From Podarcis cretensis (Eukaryota): a stretch of DNA of 64,000 nucleotides. Location of the stretch: the NCBI GenBank assembly GCA_951804945.1, contig OX638152.1, positions 66,216,001 to 66,280,000 of the forward strand. The letters run 5' to 3'. Below are positions 25,720-38,381 of this stretch, piece by piece. The position numbers and the translations under genes were made by a program. The stretch's first letter is position 1; every line of letters begins with the position of its first letter. The notes beneath the pieces were generated by a model. It made no database searches. It saw only the letters and a list, made by a program, of their open reading frames with translations, and was not told where the DNA came from.

Positions 25720-26560
25720 TTTATTTTAACGAAGCGGGGAAGGAAGACGCGCGCATGTCGGGGCAAGAGAGCAGCAGCGCGGGATTCCTCCGGGCCCCGC
25801 GAGGGTCGCCAGGGAAGCGTCGGCATTCGCTCCTTCCCCGCCCCTTTACTTCCGGGGCACTTGGCCCGGCCCTTACGCCTGGGCCGGGGTGGGCGAGGTA
25901 GGTAGGCCTGGCCGGCGGAGAAGGGCGCTTCCTCCTCTCTGTTTCTCGCTCTCTCCTCCTCCTCCTCCTCCTGCTCCCGCCGCGGGGCCTGGGAGAAGCC
26001 TCGAGGTGGGCGCTCCGAGGAGGAAGGAGGGCGGAGGCGGAGGCAGGTCCTGTCGGAGAAGCGGCAGCTGCAGTGGCTGGGCCGGCGAGGAGGCTGAGAG
26101 ACGCCGCGACCTGGAAGAGGCAAGTGTGGTGAGGCAAGTGTCTCGGGACACCGCCCCCTCCTTCCCGGGCCTGCCGCGGCCGAGACTCTCCCCAGGGCTG
26201 AGGTGGGAAGGTCGAGGGCGGGCGGGGGGGGGTGTCTGCCCCCCCAGGGGATTCTGTTGAGGGAAAGGGAGCTGCACCTTCCCCTCCACCTTTTCTGGGT
26301 CTGAAGCCGAATTCCCCCCCCCACCTGCCCCCCCCGTCCTGTTTAGCCGCCCTGTCCCGAGAAGCGACATCCCGCTTTCTCTGCCACGCTTAAAACTACC
26401 CGCAGTTATTATATTGTCACACACAAAAGATACTTCCGTTTCGTATTTGGGGGTGGGCTGGGGTGCTGCCCCCACCCTGGTCATCCTTTCCTTGGTCCGC
26501 GCTTACCTACCGCGAACGGTTTTTTTAAAGTGTAGAGAGCCACGATATCGGTCATTCGGT
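25720..26560 (+). promoter_or_regulatory. BCLAF3: CpG island promoter and non-coding first exon(s) of BCLAF3
   Basis: Sharp CpG/GC enrichment; NRF1-like GCGCGCATG (~25749), GC box CCCCGCCCC (~25836), ETS motif ACTTCCGG (~25848); candidate donors at 25897/8 and 26119-26134. Confidence 0.8.
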
Positions 26561-29500
26561 GGGTTCAGGGTGTTCTTTATAGGGTCTAAGTTCTTTGCTG
26601 TGGCATGAGATAAAAGGCTGATTAGAGTAAATTAGCCTGGGGTCTAAACCCCCCCCCCCAAAAAAAACCCTCAACTAGATGTCCAAATTGTGAGAGTGGT
26701 AGTTTGGCAATAGTGCGGCAAATTGTAAGGAAAACTGTATTCTTAATAACATATTAAATCAGAATCGTTGCCATTCTGTAGCACTGTGCTCAAAATTGTT
26801 GCAGTGGATTTAATCTCTTCTTTCGGTCCCACCTCCACAAGAGGTCCATAGGGTGACAACAGGGTCTTTTCTGCGCTGGCTCCCCGTTTGTGGCATGCTC
26901 TCTCAAGGGAGGTTTGGCTGGCACTTTCATTATACCTCTTTAGGTGCCAAGCAAAAGCATTCCTCTTCAACAAGGCCTTTGGCTGACTAACATACAATAT
27001 TCTTTTAAAAGTGGGGAGGTGTTGTTGGTTTGGTTTGTTGTTTTTATTACGTATTTTGTGCTTTTATCTTGCATTTTTATGCAGTGAACTGCCTTGAGAT
27101 CATTGAATGAAGGGCAGTATACAAATGTTAATAAAATAAATTAACATGTAAACATGTAAGAATCTTTAACTACCATGATTTGGAGCACAAAAGAGGGATT
27201 AATATCTGCTAGGTTAGGGCTGTAAAAAGAACACCTGATCACCTGTTTTTTTTATAAAAAATTAGCTGGTTTCTAAAAATGTAATACTAGCGCCTAAGTG
27301 ATCTGAAATATATAGGCTGATACAAAAGCAAGGAACCAGCTTGGACTGTTGCGGAGGAAATCAGATGTTTGATTCCCTGCATTTGTGGTGCAACTTTCAT
27401 AGGAGAAACCTGTTTAACTACAATATGGTGAGATATGTAAGTTTGTATTTGTATATCGAACTCTCTATTTTTCCATCTGCCAGAATACCGCTTTGGATAC
27501 CAGAAACCTGAAGCAGAGTTACAATAGTGGCCAACCAGATGTGTCTGAGAAGCCTGCAAACAGACATGAAGGCAATAGCCATCTCCTATTGATGCTTCAG
27601 ATAAACTGGTACTTGGGAGAAGTGATAAAGACAGACAGAAACACATGTTGAGAAGATAACAAGTGGGAACTGCTTTCATTACCGCTTTTCCTATCCCTTG
27701 CCTAGGTAGCAACTATGGGTGTGGGTTTTTGCCTTGCTTGTGGAGTACCCAGACACATCTGACTGCCCACTGTGAGAACAGGATACTGGACTAGACAGAC
27801 CTTTGGTCAGATCCAGTGGGTTGCTCTTATCTTTGTATTTGAACATGAGAGAACTCTTAAATAACTTTTTCATAAATGTCTGAAGTTTTGCTTTCCATTT
27901 CATTGGGTTCGTTAAGCGTTGTGATTTTTCATGGGGTGAAGAGAGGAGTGGTTGACAGTGCCTGGAATTGTTGGGTATCGCTCAGCAAAGTGCTATACTT
28001 TTTAGCTTGTCTGTAGGGCTGTGAACCTTTGGCAAGTTAATTTTCTTCAGATCTTAGACTTGCTCAGCAGAGTCTTATGTGAATTCAGTTAGTTATAAAT
28101 AATATAGTACATCTTCTTACACTAAGTGTATAATTACAAATTCATTTTTGTTCAGTTGCCTTAGGGTGATTGTGCACACCTGCTCTTACTTCCCTAGGTT
28201 TTTATTTATATGCCCCAAAATTATAAAATGGATCTGATTGTCAGTTGTTCTTGGGCACTACAGTTTTGAAAGTTTCTATTTTAACAGTTTGGGTTATAGA
28301 ATAAATTGCTATTTTTCTTTCACCTCTACATACATTGTATGCACCTGCTTTTTCCATAAGCTTAGGTGACTAATGTCACACTTCTTTTAGATTCTCTTTG
28401 CTTCAGAGTAGATGGAGCTGTGTTTGGTTGGAGACCACATTAATCATACTTTGAATAGACCCATTGAAATTGATTGACTTGTAATCTGTTTATTTCAGTG
28501 GATGTACTCTTGGAGTGTGACAAACACTGAATATTGCCCAATAGATTTAAATCAAATTTCCAGTTTGGTGATATAATATATATATTGCCTAAACAAAAGT
28601 GTTTATGTTGAAACATACTGGTTTGCAAAGAAACAGAATTTTTCTAATACATAGGAGTATAATCTAAAACCTTGAGTCATGGTTCCCACAAATCTTTGCA
28701 CCACCCAATTATATTTGCTGAAAGATAAGAGGAAGGCATAACTCTGAAATTTCATGAATTTCCATTTTGCTCTTTCTGCAAGCATGCAAGGACACTTAAG
28801 CAAAACCAATTGCTTGAAAACAAGGTTTTGTCTGAAGGTAGTTAAATGTGTTTGATTGTGAGTTTGGCATTTGGAATATGATTTTCAAAGCATCCATAGC
28901 AGTGAAAAAACTAATCAATTTGTGACTTTGATTTTTTTTGCCACCTCTAATAGAATTGGCATCAGTTTATTTGGCATAAGCATATGCTGTTGTGTTCTTT
29001 TTTGAAGTTTCTTTATAGTTGATTTGTCAGCTTGCTGTTGGCATCCATCTCAAGAGTGATTCCGGTTCCAGGGTGAAGTCAAACCACTGTGTTAGCAGCA
29101 CTGAAAAAACCGCCCCGGGGTGCATGTCTGGGCAGGGTGTATGGAGGTCCTGGCTTACCCAGAAGACAATACCTCCTTCTCAGCCTTGCTGATGTGGTCT
29201 AAAGGAAAGCAGAGCAATATGTTTGGCACGGGCACCAGCTTGGCTGCAGAGTTGCCAGGAGGAGATGTACAAGGTGTCATCAGCTGTCTTAGGGTCTCCA
29301 CTGTGAACTTATTGTCATCATTAAATTATCAATTTAAATACTTAAATTGAGTGCAGATATTTTAAAATGAATAAATGTTAAATTTCAGTCATAGAAGTAT
29401 GGTCACAAGACAATTTTCACTTTCTACCAGATTGTTTTTCAAAGCTAAATGCATTCTCCAGATGTAGTAGTCTGTTTAGACTGACATCCTGGTTTCCACT

Positions 29501-29938
29501 GCCCTAGGGCAGGGCTGTGGAAAAAATCATTCAAAACCATCTAATACAAATCTTAATAATCTTGTGGCAAAATTGAACTGTGCTTGTTGTGGCAGCAAGT
29601 TTTATAAGAAAGAACTTTAAACTCTTGGATAAATATCTTGTTTCAGGCACTGTTCTTTCTATAAAAATGATGGAGGGAGGAAGTACATTATGTAAACTTT
29701 CTTTGAAGACCTTAGGTATGCAGGCAAATTTGTGTGAGATATATAGCTTGTTGCCTGGCTTCCAATGCAAGTATCACCTCCAGGCCACTATATAATGAAC
29801 CTTTCCTAAACTGGAAGAGCTGATTATTATTTTTCTTTCAAACCTCAGATGTTCTACAAATGACTAATAAGAGCGTGTGTCAACACAAGGGCTGGTAACT
29901 TTAGGACTTCTTTTTCAAAGCTGATATGTGCTCAAACA

Positions 29939-30301
29939 GGACGCAGGTGGCGCTGTGGGTTAAAGCCTCAGCGCCTAGGGCTTGCCGATCGAAAGGTCGG
30001 CGGTTCGAATCCCTGCGGCGGGGTGCGCTCCCGTCGTTCGGTCCCAGCGCCTGCCAACCTAGCAGTTCGAAAGCACCCCTGGGTGCAAGTAGATAAATAG
30101 GGACCGCTTACTAGCGGGAAGGTAAACGGCGTTTCCGTGTGCGGCTCTGGCTCTGGCCAGAGCAGTGATGTCATGCTGGCCACGTGACCCGGAAGTGTCT
30201 CCGGACAGCGCTGGCCCCCGGCCTCTTGAGTGAGATGGGCGCACCAACCCCAGAGTCTGGCAAGACTGGCCCGTACAGGCAGGGGTACCTTTACCTTTAC
30301 C
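29939..30301 (+). mobile_element. Full-length Sauria SINE (tRNA-derived, Bov-B-dependent), young copy
   Basis: A box TGGCGCTGTGG, B box GGTTCGAATCC, (ACCTTT)n tail; perfect 14-bp TSD TATGTGCTCAAACA at 29925-29938 and 30302-30315; CpGs retained. Confidence 0.92.
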
Positions 30302-30479
30302 TATGTGCTCAAACATGCATAATGCAAAGTAGTTAAAGGAGTAGTTAAAGTGTTGTATGTTGAAGAGAACATCTCAAGTTGTACAATATTATGTTCGTGC
30401 TCTGCTTTCTAGCGCCTACTGCATGAATACCATAGTAAGTACACAATGTAAACATTTTAAGTATTGTGAGATAGGACTA

Positions 30480-30722
30480 CAGTGGTACCTTGGTTCTCAA
30501 ACTTAATCCGTTCCAGGAGTCTGTTTGACTCATGAAACCATTCAAAAACCGAGATGTGGCTTCCAGTTGACTGTAGGAGCTTCCGGCACTCAAGCAGGAG
30601 CTGTGTCGGACATTTGGCTTCCAAAAAAACATTCGCAAACAGGAACACTTACTTCTGGGTTTGCGGCGTTCGGGAGCTGATTTGTTCAGGAGCCAAGCCG
30701 TTTGAGTACTAAGGTACCACTG
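30480..30722 (+). mobile_element. Tc1/mariner-type MITE, family B copy 1
   Basis: TA-CAGTGGTACCTTGGTTCTC ... AAGGTACCACTG-TA; interior differs from family A and matches 38140-38381. Confidence 0.85.
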
Positions 30723-33126
30723 TATCTTCAGTAAATATTAGAAACATAAAGGAATTAAACATAACATGAGGAAAAACCTCAATAGTACAGTTAAAAGTGC
30801 AAAAAACAATTATGTGTAACTGTTATTTGTAGAACATAACCACAGACCCCTTTCTCCTTTTTATAACAGTTTCAGCAGGAATGGCACCAACATCCATCTG
30901 ACTCAGGGATCATTTAGAATTAATAATAATTTATAATAATAATTTATTATATATACACCAGACATCTGGCTGGGTTTCCCCAGCCCCTGTTTCCGTCAAA
31001 TGTAGTTTTGTGTTGGCTTCTGCAGCAGCATTACAGCCTAGCATTCTGGTTCCTATTGCGTTAACAAAAACCTTAACACAATATGCAAGGGATTTCTTAT
31101 ACAGACTCCAAGAAAATTGATACTGCTTAAAAAAATAAAGTATGTTGTTCATGCTACCATCACTTGGCTCATAGTAGCTCCAGGAGGCCTTGAGTACATT
31201 TGCAACATACTGTTGCCAATTTCCTTTCTTCCTTGTTCCTGTGTGGTTACCAACTAAACTACTGTACCATGCACTCCATTAACCTGCTCACCTAAAAATC
31301 TCTCATAGTGAGGAGAGACGGATGAGAAGTTGATCATCAAGCCAAAGCCTCTGGGTTTCTGGCATCTAGCATATATACTTTTGTGGAGGGCCTTAGGCCA
31401 AACAGTAGTGTTTTCCTTTGATCATGACTTTTATTCTGGAAGCACCAGTGCCTAATTCTGTCCATATGCATTTGCAGCTGCCAGATCTTTGGATTCTAGC
31501 ATTATAGTCCATTTTGGAGTACTTTAATGCATTCTTGGAAAAAGCTAGCCTTCCTTGGTTTGTGTGTAACACTGATGTTTATTGTGCTAGGTTATGCAAT
31601 GTTCCCTCTGCAGTATGCTAAATTAACTGAAGCAGAAGCAGCAATACCCATGGATGCAGAAGAATTTTAGCTGTTGTCAAGGTGGCGGTCACAGTATAAA
31701 AAAATGTTTTTAAAATCCCTGAGTATCTACAGCCAAGCTAGTTTTGATTTCTCCCCTAATTTCATAGGGGGAGCAGGGTGGAACACTTTTAAATATATTA
31801 CCTTTCCATTAGGCAAAGTCAAATGCCATTCAGGCTATTAGTTACATAGATGTTTCAGAAACAGATGACAATACAAGAAAGCAATTGTCAGTCTGAAAGT
31901 ATCCTCTGTTGAAAACTGGATAGAAGCCAGTGACCATGACAAAGGTTGTGTTCTTGCATATCTCTCTGTGTAAGGACATTTCCTCAAAAAAAGAAATTAC
32001 TGCTCTAGTAACTGAGACTTTATCTTAAATTATTTTTAGTGAGTCTTATTGTGAAGCAAGTACACACAGGATAGCCGCCTTGGCATGTCTTTACAAAGGA
32101 ATACCAAGTGTTTGCCCCAAATGTCAACATTTTCTAAAGGTTGTCTTGTGGATTGCAAAATGGTTTGTTGATGCCTTCCAGTCTCCATAGAAAAAGGGAC
32201 CTTACCTTACTTCTGACTAAAATGTTGTGAATTTGTATTGCACCTGAGTTACTGACAACAGGTTTTACTTACTTACAGAAATGTAAAGGCATGCCACAAT
32301 ATCCACCCATTTGCCTAAAGCAGTTACATCCTAGGCTTGGCAGCTGCCATCCACCCACAAAGGTTGAAGTCACAAGGAATAGAGTAAGCCTTTGGAATAA
32401 CTTTTTAAATTATGTCTCTTCATCTAAAGAAGTGTCATATGTGCATCTGTTTATCATCCAGAGCTATTTCCCAAAACATTTTGTTTCCTGTACTTTAATT
32501 TTGGTAGCCAGCAGAAGGAAGGATGAGCAGATTCAAGTTGTATTAAAAGGATGTAAGGATTTGGGTAAATATATAAATCATTGTTCACATTTCTTTGAAG
32601 AGTAGCAAAACAAATTGAGTAACTTTTGTAGTAATTTTTCTGTCCTCAAAATGGATTAAACATCCCTGTCAAGATATTAAATGACTTGACTTTGGGGTGA
32701 ATTTTAAAGACTCTTATGTGAACGGTTTCTTTCCACAAGGTGAAAGGAGTGTCTGTCCTGTAAATTATGCTAGTACTCTTTATCCTGAAGCAAGATCCTA
32801 TGCATGATGTCAGTCTTTCCCACGCTACCAATGTGATTGCATTGCTGTTTGGATGACAAGTCCTTTTTCTTGGCTGTGATTTCTGTCACACATATCCAAC
32901 TTTGGGATTGGTAGGGCTGTGATTTTTATGGTATTTTTCTTGGCTTTGTGTAGTCATTTGGGACATGGATAGGACTGTTATTCTATTCGTAAGTGAGCAC
33001 TGTGTAGAAACAGTTCTGATATTAGAACATATTTCATGTTGCTGTTCCATTAACGAGTGAAAAACTGAATGTGTAAGACAGTAGGCAAGAGAAGACGTTC
33101 ATTTTACAGTACTCTGTGCAAAAGGT

Positions 33127-33477
33127 GAGGGTAAATGGACCCCTGACCGTTAGGTCCAGTCGCAGATGACTCTGGGGCTGTGGTACTCATCTCGCTTTAC
33201 TGGCCGAGGGCGCTGGCGTACAGCTTCCGGGTCATGTGGCCAGCATGACTAAGCCACTTCTGGTGAACCAGAGCAGCGCACAGAAACGCTGTTTACCTTC
33301 CTGCCGGAGTGGTACCTATTTATCTACTTGCACTTAGACGTGCTTTTGAACTGCTAGGTTGGCAGGAGCAGGGACTGAGCAACGGGAGCTCACCCCGTCA
33401 CGGGGATTCAAACCGCTGGCCTTCTGATTGGCAAGTCCTAGGCTCTGTTGTTTAACCCACAGCGCCACCCGGGTCCC
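33127..33477 (-). mobile_element. Full-length Sauria SINE, reverse orientation
   Basis: Reverse complement of the 29939 element; flanking direct repeat GCAAAAGGT at 33118-33126 and 33479-33487. Confidence 0.88.
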
Positions 33478-34299
33478 AGCAAAAGGTAGGACTCTGTTAA
33501 AACAGAGAAAGAAAGGGCTATGTTTGTAAATACGGTGCATGGGAAAAGGACCTGTTTGGTTGGTTCACCCCACAACATATGAATATTATCTTCTAAGTGG
33601 TAGCAGGGTTGGTATGTTGAAGAAAACAACAACAAAGACTCTTATGATTCCTTAATGAGAGCAGATTTGTTGTAATGCATCTGGTGAAGTAGACTGGCTT
33701 GTGTTACTATATTCATTGGCCTTTAATAAATTATTTGAAATATTTTTGTTGAATAGACAGAGAATTGTTATACTGTAGTTTGATAATAACATTAAAACAG
33801 TGCCTGGCTGAAAAATCCTTGCCTATTTGAAAAGGTTTAAATGGCACATACTTTACTTCCATCATTTTTTTCACATGTGGAGAAAGCGACTCTGCAGCCA
33901 CTGAAGATGCCATGCCTCTCAGGTTTTTACTGAACAGTTTTTGCTGTGCAGATTTCACGTATGGATGGCACCACCAGTCTGACCATAGAAGTACTATGGA
34001 GTATTGTAAAAGAGGTCACAAAAGTGGGCAGTCTTGTGTAGCAATCTCAGATTGCAGTATACTTGGATGCCTCTATGTTAGTTGCTACCACTTCCCTGAA
34101 TGTAGTTGTTCAGGTAGCAGACATAATAAGCAAACACCACACCCCTATGTACAGAGACAATGTCTTGGTCTCAGTTGGGATTCAGAAATAGAATTTAACA
34201 AACTATGAGTAATCCTGACATAAATATATTACATACTCTGCTGCTAATTTTTTATTGTCCAGGGAGCCTTTGAACTTGGGCTTTTAAAATTGTCTTATA

Positions 34300-34514
34300 C
34301 AGTGCTACCTCGGGTTACATACGCTTCAGGTTATAGACTCCGCTAACCCAGAAATAGTGCTTCAGGTTAAGAACTTTGCTTCAGAATGAGAACAGAAATC
34401 GTGCAGCGGCAGCGGGAGGCCCCATTAACTAAAGTGGTGCTTCAGGTTAAGAACAGTTTCAGGTTAAGTACGGACCTCCGGAATGAATTAAGTACATAAC
34501 CCAAGGTACCACTG
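34300..34514 (-). mobile_element. Tc1/mariner-type MITE, family A copy 4
   Basis: TA-CAGTGCTACCTC ... AAGGTACCACTG-TA; interior matches copy 3. Confidence 0.87.
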
Positions 34515-35557
34515 TACATGCCTTATACAAGCTGCTTATGAATGTAAAGATTATCTCAAATGCTTCCACTTTTTATAAGCAGGTGTTCTGAAAACCTGGG
34601 ATTCCCACACTGGTTTACTAGCTTCTTAACAGAGCTAGTTTATACCAATTAAATTCCCACTAATCCAACTTATCCAGAAGTGCCATAGCTGAAGCTTCTG
34701 AGCAGTATTTGAGTCGTGGGCTCATTTTTGTCCACGGGGTAAAAGGCACATTCGGCTCCGCCCCTCCCTCTTTCCTTTATCTGCACATGATTTCAAGACT
34801 GGAAGATGGAGTTTCCGCTGGCAGGATGACTTTCTGTTTATAGATTTATGTTGTAGCCTCCCCAGCGGCTGAAATATTTGCTGCGGCCCTCTAAAAAAAG
34901 CTCAACCACCTTGACCCCCCCCCCCCAATGGGTAGACCACTTCCACTTTTATATTCTGTGAAGAGATCACAATCTCTTGGGAGTTGGACATCCCTGATAT
35001 AGATGAAGTGGATTAGGCTCATCTCCCATTGTTTTTGTATATGATGTTCTTTGGTGATCCCTACAGCCCCTACATCTCACACGCTGTTCTAAAACATCTA
35101 AAACATCCTCCAAAAAATCCTCCTACAAAACAGATTTTATTTGTGTGGTGTAGAAGGGGATTGTAGATGTGAAGGAGAACTGAGATGGCCAGGATTCCTG
35201 TTCCTGTTCTGATCCAATAAAAGGTTCTGTTGGATCAAAGAGCCTTTCATCAGCAGGAAGGCACCAGTTGGATGCAGTCTATCAGTACTAACTTGCAGAA
35301 ATGAAGTCAGCAAATTGCTACTACTTTGCTTTAAAGTAAAGGAATAACTTATACAAATGTTCTGTTTCGTTTTTCATTTCCACAATGTGGCTGTTCATTT
35401 AAACATAAAAAAAAAATGCCTAAACGAAAGTATTCTGATATTGTGTAAACATTTTAAAATTGTTATCTATTTTAATTGTAACAGATCCCAATTATTAATA
35501 AGTAGTCATTTGTTTATATTTTCTTTATAGATTCAATAAATTAATTGATAGGAAAAG

Positions 35558-35598
35558 ATGGTTAGATCACGATCAAGATCACCAAGATGGAAACGAAG
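35558..35598 (+). CDS. BCLAF3: BCLAF3 first coding exon (MVRSRSRSPRWKR); exon starts at 35531
   Basis: tttatag| acceptor at 35530; AAGATGG strong Kozak context; AG|gtaaat donor. Confidence 0.92.
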
Positions 35599-36195
35599 GT
35601 AAATGTCCATATTTTTCTATGGATCATAAAGGTTTCACTTAACTTACTAGAAGAGAGCCTTAAATGATGTTGTCAGAAGGGACTTTTTCAGGGTTTGACT
35701 GAGGCTGAGTCCTAATAATGTAGAACAGTAAATATGTTCAGGACTCCACATGTGAAAGAGATTCTGATAATAGAAATGCAAGTTTAGTGTTTTCTCCTTT
35801 CTTCACATTAGTGTTCTAATACCTATTTGAATGGAGTTGGAATGGCTGCATATAAGGAGAGGCTTACTAAGTGTGATTCATTAGATCAGAGCAAGCTTTG
35901 TGTGCACAACTCCTGAGAGATTCCTGTTTGTATAATGGAGAAGATCTGCTTACAGGAACCTGTTCTTTGTGTTTATTGTCCTTTTAAGTATCAGGACATG
36001 CATTTTAATTGACTTTAAAATGGGAAAGACTGCAAGTCGCAACTGCAAAGCCCTCGTGCTAGTTAAAATGCACTACTCAGGGTAATTTCAGCCAGAGACT
36101 TTTGGACACAGTTTGTGATATAGCCTAAGATTCACAAAAAGAAGCTGTATTACAGTAGTTAAAATGGAATTGTGTTTTTGTGTGTTTATATGTAG

Positions 36196-36771
36196 GTCTT
36201 TATCGCCTGCCTTCAGGAGTCAGGAACACAACAGACAAAGGCACAATCCTAGCAATTATGACTGTGAATACAAAGGTTTCCGGAAAGATGCAAAGAAGCC
36301 TATGCCGTGGAGAGTGGAAGATGGGAAATATGGACAAGCCAGTACTAGATATGCACCACATGAAACGAACCACCACCGACTTTATGAATGTAGGTCATAT
36401 TCACCAACTCTGAAAAGAATCCCTTCGGAAGATATGTATAGTCACAAACCTTGTAGGACACATTCACCAGAAAGGAATGCTGATATCGGAAGATGCCACT
36501 TTCCTTCCAGATATCCAGAAATGTCTCGCAAAGAACACAACCATTCTTTTTATCCGTCCAAAACACGTGACAGAGAGATGCATGAAGACCCCCGAGCTGC
36601 TGCTGGAAATACAAAAGGGATGAAGACTTTCCATGAGCCATTAGGAACTAACTTTGAAAGGAAGTGGAATGAAAATGACTTGAGGCACCACCAGTTACAA
36701 GAAGACAAGTATACTCAATCACCTCGAAGATGTTCTAGTGAATTTATGCCAAGGAGCTCTTTGCAGAAGAG
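36196..36771 (+). CDS. BCLAF3: BCLAF3 coding exon (SLSPAFRSQEHNRQRH...RSSLQKR)
   Basis: tgtag| ... AG|gtagag; lies within ORF 36164..36775. Confidence 0.93.
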
Positions 36772-37118
36772 GTAGAGAAATTGACCAGTTTTAATGGTTT
36801 TTTTAAATGGTGTAAAGCCTCAAGTGAAAGTCGATTGTCCTTATAGTTGAAGATTCTACCCTGAAAACCATTTTTTTTGCTAACAGAATAAAACATAGTT
36901 TAATTGTGGGCTGCTGGTGGTAGAGCAGTATTGTATCTTTTAAGTTAATCCTGTTGGTGGCTAGCATATAAAAGGATCATAATTTCCCCTCTCTTTAGTG
37001 GCTTGAGGGATCATGGGGTGACACATTCTACATAAAGCCTGTGTTTTCCAGCATTCTGCATACGTAAGTTCTCATTTTCTTCCTTACTGCAAGTATAAAC
37101 TACTTTATGTCAACACAG

Positions 37119-37772
37119 GTATCCTGAAGATCGTGATAACAGAGAATATGGGCACACGTCTAAAAGGGCTAAAGAATTGGAGAGGTATGATGATAGAGAA
37201 GTAGCAAGTAATTCCAAGTGGAAGCAAGATCATTCTTCACTCAACCAAGAAAAGGGAGAGCAAAGAAACCCTGGTCTTCAAACCCATCGGCCTGTTGTAA
37301 AGGAGTATGGTGATAGCTGTCAAACAAAGATTACATATGACTATAGTCATAAACGTCATAGACATCCAGATGGAGGGAAATATATATCTGATGAAAGAGC
37401 AGAGAAATATACGAAGGTGGAAGAGAAGAAATATAATTCTCCTAAAGAAGCTTGGAATAGCAAATATTCAAATTACTATAACAGTGAAAGAGTCAGGCAC
37501 ACAGAAGACCCTCATACAGAAGCATCAGTTAAATATATTTCGGGAAAAGGCTGCAATTCATGTGTTAAATCTCACAAAAGTGATGCTGATCTTTTACCCT
37601 TTGATCAAAAAGAGAAGGAAAGACTCAGGAAAGAAATGGATTTTAGGGGAAGGAGAGACCAGCATGACACTCATCACAAAATTTCAGATGTAAAAGTGTC
37701 TGATGTCCACCACACAAGAAAGGAAAAACTCACAGTCAAAGTGGATATGAAGAAAACCATAAATAAATACAG
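37119..37772 (+). CDS. BCLAF3: BCLAF3 coding exon (YPEDRDNREYGHTSKR...LTVKVDMKKTINKYR)
   Basis: acacag| ... AG|gtattg; overlaps ORF 37177..37794. Confidence 0.93.
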
Positions 37773-38139
37773 GTATTGCCTTTTGGATTTTTAAAAACAA
37801 CATCCATGTTTATGAATGTATTAAAGATGTCAAGTTGCTTGATCATTCTAGTATGGTAGCATTGAGCTCAATTAACAGAACATAAGTGGCTGTGTACCAT
37901 GTGTGCTTTCGTGTGGTTGTGTGTGTATGTTGTATACATGTGTGTATAGATATATATGATATAAAACAGCAGTCCAGTGTAGGTCAAGGAAGAGAGTGGA
38001 ACTTGAGACCAAGGAAAACTAACTTAAGAGTGTTTGGGCAGTCTAAAGAAGAGTAGGGGTGTCCTGAAGTGCAGCTACTGCTTTCCAAAAGCAAAAAATG
38101 TAATTTGGCTTCTGACCAGTTCTGTACTAGGCCTCTCTA

Positions 38140-38381
38140 CAGTGGTACCTTGGTTCTCAAACTTAATCTGTTGTGGGAGTCTGTTCAACTCCCGAAACCG
38201 TTCAAAAACCAAGGCATGGCTTCCAATTGACTACAGGAGCTTTCTGCACTCAAGCGGAAGTTGCATCAGACCTTCGGCTTCTGAAGAACGTTCGCAAGCC
38301 GGAACACTTATTTCTGGGTTTGTGGCGTTCAGGAGCCGATTTATTCAACAACTAAGCCGTTCGAGAACCAAGGTACCACTG
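38140..38381 (+). mobile_element. Tc1/mariner-type MITE, family B copy 2
   Basis: 19-bp TIR CAGTGGTACCTTGGTTCTC / GAGAACCAAGGTACCACTG, TA TSD. Confidence 0.87.

Noticed and set aside
25623-26484. Long minus-strand ORFs (233 and 203 aa)
   Set aside because: Low-complexity P/R/G/A translations typical of a CpG island; no recognisable domain.
29939-30020. tRNA-like sequence with A and B boxes
   Set aside because: It is the head of a SINE with tail and TSD, not a tRNA gene. The same holds for ~2443, ~14110 and ~54300.
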